A program made the position numbers and the translations under genes. DNA of 20,000 bases from an uncultured virus (IMG/VR IMGVR_UViG_3300044716_000940) (lineage: Duplodnaviria > Heunggongvirae > Uroviricota > Caudoviricetes): IMG/VR virus record IMGVR_UViG_3300044716_000940; one strand, written 5' to 3'. Each line of letters starts with the position of its first letter. The first letter of the stretch is position 1. The notes below the pieces were generated by a model. It saw only the letters and a list, made by a program, of their open reading frames with translations. It did no database searches and had not been told where the DNA came from. Shown piece by piece: positions 8,255 to 14,802 of this stretch.

Positions 8255-8860
8255 ATGAAAGTCTATATCTCTAAGTATAAATCAAATTGGATTTCACCTT
8301 ACACCATTAAAGAGAAATTCTTCTTTTGGAAAAAGGACTACGACGCCTATGAGAATGAGCCACCACAATGGCTTAGCTCAATTTGCAATGGAGTCCACGC
8401 TGTGCGCAATAAGCTTGGACCACGTATTGAATACGTCAAGATTGACCGATACGATACATGGAGTATGGACCATACATTAGCACTTATCGTTCTACCGATG
8501 CTAAAGCAGCTACGTCTTGAAAAGCATGGAATTCCAGGCTCATTTATCAAGGCCGGTGATGATAGCAATAATGCGTTTGAGCAAGCTGAGCTTGAGTGGA
8601 ACGCCGTAATGGACGAAATGATTTGGGCGTTTGAAGAGCATTGCAAAGACGACGGTGAATCGCAGTTCTATAGCGGTGAGCACGATCGCCTTACAGTCCC
8701 AGTAGAATGGGATGATAAAGGTAAAGCAACACTCTTTGAATGGAAGAAAGGCCCAAACGACACCTTTAAAATCGATATGAAAGGCCTTAAAGCCTATCAA
8801 AAGCGTAAGCAAAAAGGATTTGAGTTGTTTGGCAAATACTATCAGAATCTGTGGGACTAA
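8255..8860 (+). CDS. Hypothetical phage protein (201 aa)
   Basis: TAAGGA RBS; IDRYDTWSMDHTLALIVLPMLKQL...HGIP...MDEMIWAFE...GFELFGKYYQNLWD resembles a widespread uncharacterised phage family. Confidence 0.85.
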   Translation: MKVYISKYKSNWISPYTIKEKFFFWKKDYDAYENEPPQWLSSICNGVHAVRNKLGPRIEYVKIDRYDTWSMDHTLALIVLPMLKQLRLEKHGIPGSFIKAGDDSNNAFEQAELEWNAVMDEMIWAFEEHCKDDGESQFYSGEHDRLTVPVEWDDKGKATLFEWKKGPNDTFKIDMKGLKAYQKRKQKGFELFGKYYQNLWD

Positions 8861-9241
8861 ATGGCAACAACTAAATTCACCTTTGATACGGCGTATCTTA
8901 GGATTCTCTATGAAATGCTACACTCTACTGTAATGGTGCCGCTTGATATTCGCTTACCGCCTGAATGGTTAATCCAATTTGTGATTACCAAAGACGATGA
9001 AGCTTATGGTTGGGTAAATCCTGAAGATGACTTTAACGAGCCATTCGGCGAATATACCGTCGACATCAGTAAGGTTAAAAACGCCACATACAAAGACTTA
9101 ATAGAAACATTATTACACGAAATGATCCACATCCACGCACACCATCTAGGTTTATCCGATTGGGACGAGCATGGCTTAGAATCGCCTTTCGATAAGACGA
9201 GAATAAGAGTGGAGCAATTTACAGGATTATCGATATCTTAA
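8861..9241 (+). CDS. SprT-like zinc metallopeptidase domain protein
   Basis: ETLLHEMIH (HExxH) followed by HG...F. Confidence 0.75.
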   Translation: MATTKFTFDTAYLRILYEMLHSTVMVPLDIRLPPEWLIQFVITKDDEAYGWVNPEDDFNEPFGEYTVDISKVKNATYKDLIETLLHEMIHIHAHHLGLSDWDEHGLESPFDKTRIRVEQFTGLSIS

Positions 9242-9253
9242 TGGAGAATAGAT

Positions 9254-9322
9254 ATGCTATGGTTTGTAGTTATCGCTCTCATAATAATTATCTTAATGTA
9301 TTTAGAATTAGGCGATGATTGA
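9254..9322 (+). CDS. Tiny hydrophobic peptide (22 aa)
   Basis: GGAG RBS; MLWFVVIALIIIILMYLELGDD*. Confidence 0.4.
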   Translation: MLWFVVIALIIIILMYLELGDD

Positions 9323-9331
9323 AAGGAAAAA

Positions 9332-9799
9332 ATGACAGATAAAAATAAACATGACGCTACGCTTGCAAACCTTGAGAGTGCCTTAGCTGGCGAATCAATG
9401 GCTCATATTAAATACCGCTACTTTGCTAAGCTCGCTAGAGCTGAAGGCTTTGAAGAGGTAGCAAAACATTTTGAGCACACGGCAGATCAAGAAATCTTAC
9501 ATGCTTGGGGCCATTTGGAATTACTGATTGGTAAGCCATCGACTCAACGTTGTTTAGAGATGGCCATCGAAGGTGAGACATATGAGTTCGAAGAAATGTA
9601 TCCACGCTTTGAGATTCAAGCGCGTTTAGATGGTGCAAGCCATTGGATGGCAGAGATCAGAGATCAGATTAGCGAAAGCAAAGAGCACGCACAGCAATTT
9701 CAAGATATGCTTGTGAAAGCTGAGAAACGATTTGCAGCGCTAAAGAGGGTTGAAGAGCGCCATGCTAACGCTTACACTAAAGTATTGGAGAAACTATAA
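9332..9799 (+). CDS. Rubrerythrin (ferritin-like di-iron domain, no fused rubredoxin)
   Basis: [32 protein letters not shown] di-iron ligands. Confidence 0.93.
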   Translation: MTDKNKHDATLANLESALAGESMAHIKYRYFAKLARAEGFEEVAKHFEHTADQEILHAWGHLELLIGKPSTQRCLEMAIEGETYEFEEMYPRFEIQARLDGASHWMAEIRDQISESKEHAQQFQDMLVKAEKRFAALKRVEERHANAYTKVLEKL

Positions 9800-9930
9800 T
9801 GGAATATCAAGAGATGCAGCAGTGCATTGTCTGTGGGTATCTGATTAAAGATGAAGAGTTTAAAACTCTGCCCGACGACTTTGAGTGCCCTGACTGCGGC
9901 GTAGGTAAAGACGAATTCGAATTAGTTTAA
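9799..9930 (+). CDS. Rubredoxin (43 aa, not in ORF track)
   Basis: [43 protein letters not shown]: CxxCG...LPDDFxCPxCG; TAATG coupling to rubrerythrin. Confidence 0.93.
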   Translation: MEYQEMQQCIVCGYLIKDEEFKTLPDDFECPDCGVGKDEFELV

Positions 9931-9941
9931 AGGAGTAGTGT

Positions 9942-10118
9942 ATGAATATCATTGTTGAACGATTAATGTCACAAGGTTTTGAACGTATGGAAGCTATCAA
10001 GGAATTAAAAGTCCAGCGCAATATGGCAAAACGAGATATCATACCGATTGAAGAATGCTTAATGGATATGGGTTGCCCGCCAACCGAAGATTATTATTAC
10101 GCATTTAAAGAAGAATGA
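9942..10118 (+). CDS. Small hypothetical protein (58 aa, not in ORF track)
   Basis: AAGGAG RBS; MNIIVERLMSQGFERMEAIKEL...YAFKEE*. Confidence 0.65.
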   Translation: MNIIVERLMSQGFERMEAIKELKVQRNMAKRDIIPIEECLMDMGCPPTEDYYYAFKEE

Positions 10119-10906
10119 ATTATTGGTAGGTCCATTGGGCGGCATTCAATGGAGGCAACCATAGGCAGACCCACAAACTCTTGTAATGCCTACTGATAAT
10201 CGTCTTGGACACGCAGACGTTAAAGTGAAGTGCGCGTAGGTGGAAAGCCTGCTGGTCAAAAGTGGAGCCAGGTCCTACTGCGACGAGAGTATTCCTGAGA
10301 ACGCTGAGCAACGATAATGCTCCACGGTCAATGGCTATATGCGTTGGAAGCGTAATAGCAGATACCACAAAGGCCATCTTACAACGGAGCAGTAGCAAGT
10401 ATCCTTCTTATGGAAGGGAATGTGGTGTTCGACTCCCACTGGCAACAAGGCAATGGCTGAAGTCTTTTGAGGATTGCGGATTCGCGGTCGAAGAAGCCAC
10501 CAACACGGCTCGCTCCTCTACGTCGCAAGACGCACGAGTAAGTTATCGTAGTAAATTAGTATTGGCTCGCTGGCGAAAACGTAAAGCCAACCTTGTCCGA
10601 AGCGGAAAGCCTACAGTTCTAGACACCTGTTAGGTAGCAAGAGGATAGTAAACCAATACGAAACAATGGTCGCCCACCACCATTACCAAAGGTGGGCACT
10701 AATGAATACGCGTAAAGACACATCAACCCAATCTATCTATGGGAAATTATCCTAGCCAACTTCCACCTCTAACGAGGCATCGATCAGCTGATTACTTATC
10801 GAATAAAGGCTACCGCTAGGAGAAGCGATGCAATCGGCTCGAAAGAGTAACCTTAAACGTTCACGACCATACGCTCTTAAACGTATACGATAGAGTATTC
10901 ATTAGT
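10119..10906 (+). ncRNA. Candidate large structured ncRNA or array of structured RNAs upstream of the tRNA
   Basis: No credible ORF in an otherwise gene-dense strand; back-to-back closing stems 10119-30/10189-200, 10262-68/10319-25, 10559-65/10653-59, 10672-78/10691-97, 10698-709/10895-906; GNRA tetraloops; T-loop-like hairpins. Confidence 0.6.
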
Positions 10907-10912
10907 AACTAT

Positions 10913-10987
10913 TTCTCGATAGTGTTAACGGTAGCACGTCTGTCTCCAAAACAGAAGGTTGCGGTTCGAATCCGTATCGGGATGCCA
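10913..10987 (+). tRNA. trnW: tRNA-Trp (CCA)
   Basis: Acceptor TTCTCGA/TCGGGAT, D-arm GTGT...GCAC, anticodon stem TCTGT/ACAGA with loop CTCCAAA, T-arm TGCGG-TTCGAAT-CCGTA, G73, encoded CCA. Confidence 0.93.
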
Positions 10988-11006
10988 CAATTATAAAGGA
11001 AAATAT

Positions 11007-11711
11007 ATGGCCATTGTTTTATACACGATCTTTGTTACCCAACTTAGTGCAGTGTTTATGAGTATTTACGTGCATAGAAGTATTGCACACAAAGGAGTTG
11101 AGTTTCATCCGGTTGTAAGTCATATAATCAGAACATGGTTATGGTTGACAGAAGGCGTCATCATTAAAGAGTGGGCAGAGATGCACAGGTGGCATCACAA
11201 GTTTGCTGACACGTCTAGAGACCCACACCTATCGTTAAAGAATGGATTATGGCGAGCAGCATGGCTTAACTTTTGGCAGCACGTTGTAAGTAAGTTTTCA
11301 AAGCGTAAAGAGTCTCGCGATCGCTACGACCCAGCTGAAGATTGGGCAGATAAGAATATCTATAACAAACACTATCTCGTAGGTTTATTCCTAATGCTAG
11401 CGATTGATGTAGCCTTATTTCAATGGTGGGGCATAGTCGTATGGGTTATACAGATGGCATGGAGTCCAGTTGCCGTAAGTATCGGAGCGAATGTGCTTGG
11501 CCATTCAATAGGCTATCGAAACTATAACTCAAAAGACAATAGCCATAACTATTTCCCATTTGGTTTAATGGCAGGCGGAGATGAGTTTCACAACAACCAC
11601 CATTACTCACCTGGAAATCCAAAGTATAGCCAAAGATGGTTTGAGTTCGATATTGGTTGGGGATTTATTACCTTACTTAGATGGGCTGGATTAGCAAAGC
11701 TAAAAAGATAA
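11007..11711 (+). CDS. Membrane fatty-acid desaturase, copy 2
   Basis: AAAGGA RBS before ATG 11007; His boxes HRSIAH, HRWHH, GDEFHNNHH; WFEFDIGW. Confidence 0.93.
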   Translation: MAIVLYTIFVTQLSAVFMSIYVHRSIAHKGVEFHPVVSHIIRTWLWLTEGVIIKEWAEMHRWHHKFADTSRDPHLSLKNGLWRAAWLNFWQHVVSKFSKRKESRDRYDPAEDWADKNIYNKHYLVGLFLMLAIDVALFQWWGIVVWVIQMAWSPVAVSIGANVLGHSIGYRNYNSKDNSHNYFPFGLMAGGDEFHNNHHYSPGNPKYSQRWFEFDIGWGFITLLRWAGLAKLKR

Positions 11712-11713
11712 AC

Positions 11714-11745
11714 ATTGTAAACTTTTCACGAAAGATTGTAAACTT
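11714..11745. repeat. 11-bp direct repeat ATTGTAAACTT x2 (21-bp period)
   Basis: Exact copies at 11714-11724 and 11735-11745, abutting the ATG at 11746. Confidence 0.6.
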
Positions 11746-11946
11746 ATGACAACATTAACTTTAAACAGAAAGCAAGTGGATAAGCTTGTTGAAATTGTAA
11801 CGCACTTCCATGAGATAGAATTCTTTACTATTGATACTGAGAATAAAACCGGTATTGGCGACGAAATAACGGTGAGCTTTCAGTTGTTCGAAGACTCTTT
11901 CGATAACGATGCAAAGATAAATATAACGGACGTTGAATCATGGTAA
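11746..11946 (+). CDS. Hypothetical phage protein (66 aa)
   Basis: ORF in operon; ends ITDVESW. Confidence 0.7.
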   Translation: MTTLTLNRKQVDKLVEIVTHFHEIEFFTIDTENKTGIGDEITVSFQLFEDSFDNDAKINITDVESW

Positions 11947-12161
11947 CCGACCTTGAATTAAAAGAGCTCCAAGAAGAGCATGCCTTTATGAAGGATACCT
12001 TAGCTAAGCTTTACGGTATAGATAGAATGTTTATCTGTGGCGGCAGCAAGGAATTAGGAGAAGATAATCTACCTGATATGATTATGGTATGCCCAGCCTT
12101 TGGCGCTGATGGCTTTGCAATCTATAAAAAGCATCGAGACTACGACGCACCGGGATATTAA
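11940..12161 (+). CDS. Hypothetical phage protein (73 aa)
   Basis: FICGG...LPDMIMVCPAFGADG; overlapping junction. Confidence 0.7.
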   Translation: MVTDLELKELQEEHAFMKDTLAKLYGIDRMFICGGSKELGEDNLPDMIMVCPAFGADGFAIYKKHRDYDAPGY

Positions 12162-12162
12162 C

Positions 12163-12657
12163 ATGATAGAATATAAACACAACATAATTTCTGCAGAAGA
12201 TTGTAGAAAGATTATTGAGATCGCCGAAGGATTGCCTAAGTGGAATAGAGTATACCAAGGCTATTCTTCTGTAGACATCATTAAGTGTTATATTAAACCG
12301 CATATTGGTGAGATTCTCGAGCGACTTGAGATGGATATACCAGAAAATTGTAGCGTAGAGGTTCTTAAATATAGAGCGGGCTCGTCGAATGGTATTCATT
12401 TTGATGGTGAAGGCGACCATACATTATCTCAAACATCAACTGTCCAAGCTGAGTGGAAGCAAACAGGTATTGTCTTGCTAAACGACGGCTTCGACGGTGG
12501 TGAGCTATTCTTTCCTAACTTGGCAATGGGCTTTGACAAAACCTCAAAAGGTAGTTTAGTATTATTTACTGCTGGAAATAGCAAAGACTCACTCGCACAT
12601 GGTGTTAATAAAGTATTAAACGGCACGCGATACACTTTAGTATTTAGATATATTTAA
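12163..12657 (+). CDS. 2OG-Fe(II) dioxygenase (prolyl-4-hydroxylase-like)
   Basis: LKY...HFD, IVLLNDGFDGGELFF, GSLVLF, HGVNKVLNGTRYTL (HxD...H...R); start at ATG 12163. Confidence 0.92.
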   Translation: MIEYKHNIISAEDCRKIIEIAEGLPKWNRVYQGYSSVDIIKCYIKPHIGEILERLEMDIPENCSVEVLKYRAGSSNGIHFDGEGDHTLSQTSTVQAEWKQTGIVLLNDGFDGGELFFPNLAMGFDKTSKGSLVLFTAGNSKDSLAHGVNKVLNGTRYTLVFRYI

Positions 12658-12667
12658 TGGAGATATT

Positions 12668-13126
12668 ATGAGACAGGAATTAGACGAGGCGTTATGCGCT
12701 AAGTATCCTAAGATGCTACGCGATCGACATAAAGACAAGCGCGATACAGCGATGTGCTGGGGATTCGAGTGTGGTGATGGTTGGTATAATCTATTAGACG
12801 CTTTAATGGCAAACATCCAAGGTCATATAGATTGGAGAGAGCGCCAACGAGCGTATGCCATAGAGCAAAAGAGCAAGAAGATTCCTGATGAAGTGCCACA
12901 AGTCGTTTTGTCTCAAGTCAAAGAGAAGTTTGGCACGCTAAGCTTCTACTATAGCGGCGGCGATGAGCGCATATTCGGTATGGTCATGTTGGCAGAAACT
13001 ATTAGTGGTCAAACTTGCGAATGGTGTGGTAGCCCAGGTCAACGCCGTAATGGCGGTTGGATTAGGACGCTATGCGATAAACATGAAGAAGCACATCAAC
13101 AAGGAGAGTATGATGAATCGGCTTAA
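12668..13126 (+). CDS. Hypothetical phage protein (CGDGW / KEKFG / CxxC...C type)
   Basis: GFECGDGW, QVKEKFGTLSFYY, CEWCG...LCDKH possible metal site; GGAG RBS. Confidence 0.85.
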   Translation: MRQELDEALCAKYPKMLRDRHKDKRDTAMCWGFECGDGWYNLLDALMANIQGHIDWRERQRAYAIEQKSKKIPDEVPQVVLSQVKEKFGTLSFYYSGGDERIFGMVMLAETISGQTCEWCGSPGQRRNGGWIRTLCDKHEEAHQQGEYDESA

Positions 13127-13343
13127 CGATGATTTGATTTATAGACTACGCAAGCGAGCCGATATTAGGCGCCAGATTCCAAGCCGCAAGTCGGTGCAAA
13201 ACAATGAGCCTGATCGCATTGCTGATCTCTTAGAAGAGGCTGCAGATGCTATTGATCGGTTGGAGATGGTTATTATCTCTTATGAGAGCCATGATAAGGA
13301 TAGAGTGGCACAATATATTAAACAAATAAAAGGATTATTATGA
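13113..13343 (+). CDS. Hypothetical phage protein (76 aa)
   Basis: AAGGAG RBS at 13101; LIYRLRKRADIRRQIPSRKSV...DRIADLLEEAA. Confidence 0.75.
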   Translation: MNRLNDDLIYRLRKRADIRRQIPSRKSVQNNEPDRIADLLEEAADAIDRLEMVIISYESHDKDRVAQYIKQIKGLL

Positions 13344-13678
13344 GCGATTATACACCAGACAGGTGGGAAGTAGTAGAGATACAAAGCGATGGGCACGACA
13401 CATTGCGCAAGATTTTAGGAAGCTGGTATGGTGGTTACGCTAGCTCAGACTCTTGGCGCTTTAGCTCTGGCATTACTCGCGTTACGGATAAAGATACGTA
13501 CTGGGAAGTAGAGAATTATTCTGGAAGTATTTACACATGCTATAAAGAGTCGCAAGGAATGAGTGCGTATACTGCGAGCGTCTTTAATAGTATGGCCGAA
13601 AAGGCTAAAGAAGTTGGAGCATCACTAACTATAGTTGATATTGTTGATATTCAGAAACCTGTGATAGGATACTTATGA
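13340..13678 (+). CDS. Hypothetical phage protein (112 aa)
   Basis: YTPDRW...GSWYGGY...SWRFSSGI...SGSIYTC; ATGA overlap. Confidence 0.8.
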   Translation: MSDYTPDRWEVVEIQSDGHDTLRKILGSWYGGYASSDSWRFSSGITRVTDKDTYWEVENYSGSIYTCYKESQGMSAYTASVFNSMAEKAKEVGASLTIVDIVDIQKPVIGYL

Positions 13679-13833
13679 TAACCCAAACTAAAGAAGAGTT
13701 AGACGCTGCGTTTAAGAGCGCAGTGGACCAGTACTTTCAACTACAGCGTGACTATGCTTTTCTAAAAGCGCAGCGTGATAGGCTTCAGCGAGAGAATGAC
13801 GACCTAAAGAAGTTGATTGGTGTTTATGTATGA
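13675..13833 (+). CDS. Small coiled-coil protein (52 aa, not in ORF track)
   Basis: ATGA overlaps at both ends; MITQTKEELDAAF...QRENDDLKKLIGVYV*. Confidence 0.65.
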   Translation: MITQTKEELDAAFKSAVDQYFQLQRDYAFLKAQRDRLQRENDDLKKLIGVYV

Positions 13834-13973
13834 GCGATATGTCCCAGCGTAGGATAGCTATCTGTGCTGCCTGTCCTGAATATTCGTTTGTAGGGCTATG
13901 TAAGAAGTGTGGGTGTATGATGGCTATTAAGACTCATATGGTCACGGCTAAATGCCCGCTTAAGAAGTGGTAA
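13830..13973 (+). CDS. Cys-rich peptide, DUF6171-like (47 aa, not in ORF track)
   Basis: RRIAICAACP...CKKCGCMMAIKT...CPLKKW pattern. Confidence 0.75.
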   Translation: MSDMSQRRIAICAACPEYSFVGLCKKCGCMMAIKTHMVTAKCPLKKW

Positions 13974-14084
13974 TACGAGAAGGAAATGCACTTTCGAGAA
14001 CCGAGAGTGTTGTTGTGGTCGGCGCCAGAGAGCTCTGGAGACCAATGTTTAGGATAGTATATTAGTTACTATTCAGTGAAGTAA

Positions 14085-14117
14085 AGGAAGGCACCAGGGA
14101 TCTCCTGGTAGCCTCCT
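14085..14117. terminator. Strong hairpin between convergent transcription units
   Basis: AGG-(A)-AGGC-ACCAGG...CCTGGT-(A)-GCCT-CCT; lies between the + strand early/middle genes and the - strand tail genes; no clear U-tract. Confidence 0.4.
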
Positions 14118-14190
14118 ATCAATACTCCTAGGCTGTAGCCTAGCGATTCTAGGTCGTTCTGACCATCAAATCTAAATCAAACTTATATTG

Positions 14191-14793
14191 TTATGAATAT
14201 GCACTAACGTTGCCAGCTGCGGTAATGTCAGAGTTAACACGAAGCGGTCCACTAAGCGTACCACCTGCCAAAGGCAAATAGTTAGCTACGCTGGCCGCAA
14301 CCACTGCTGCGATACGCGCTTCAACCTCATCTTTGGTATATACTTCTTTACGGCGATAAGTATTCGCACGCAAGATATTATCAAAGACGTTAGGCATTTC
14401 TGCCCAATCACCGATCTGAAATACCTTTGGAGGTAAATCAGTACGAGCAGCATAATACTTCTTGGCCGCTGGGTCGAAAATAATATCGCCAGCAGTGTAA
14501 GCCGCAAGGTCGCTAAACTGGTTAGCTAATGGATAGACATAGTCACCAATAACGCTTTCGTTTCCGACAACGGTACCAATAACAATGTCTTGCACGCCAT
14601 TAAACATCATAAGAACGAGTGATGCGCCGTCGACTAAGGTCCATAGACCGCCTGTCTGAATGTCAGGTGGCCTTGCAGCGTTGGCTTGATTTGTTTGAAT
14701 AGCGCCATACAACCTATTCAAGATATCAGCTAGCGCATTACCACTAGTCGATGCAGCTATGATTGGAAAATCATTAGCATTTGTAATAGACAT
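14191..14793 (-). CDS. Tail fibre-associated/structural protein
   Basis: Directly downstream of the gpJ-like gene; AAGGAG RBS; YTKDEV and YLPLAGGTLSGPL motifs typical of fibre proteins. Confidence 0.7.
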   Translation of the reverse strand: MSITNANDFPIIAASTSGNALADILNRLYGAIQTNQANAARPPDIQTGGLWTLVDGASLVLMMFNGVQDIVIGTVVGNESVIGDYVYPLANQFSDLAAYTAGDIIFDPAAKKYYAARTDLPPKVFQIGDWAEMPNVFDNILRANTYRRKEVYTKDEVEARIAAVVAASVANYLPLAGGTLSGPLRVNSDITAAGNVSAYS

Positions 14794-14802
14794 AAATACT
14801 CC

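Noticed and set aside
10262..10325. CTGAGA and TAATGC suggest a TPP riboswitch
   Set aside because: Lacks the ACCTGAT and GCGTAGGGA core and is too short.
10262..10633. 123-aa plus-strand ORF (and 10120-10398 on the minus strand)
   Set aside because: No RBS, Arg/Ser-rich atypical composition and no motif; it overlaps a densely base-paired region better explained as RNA.
10959..11006. N-terminal extension of desaturase 2 given in the ORF track
   Set aside because: It overlaps the tRNA; the RBS supports ATG 11007.
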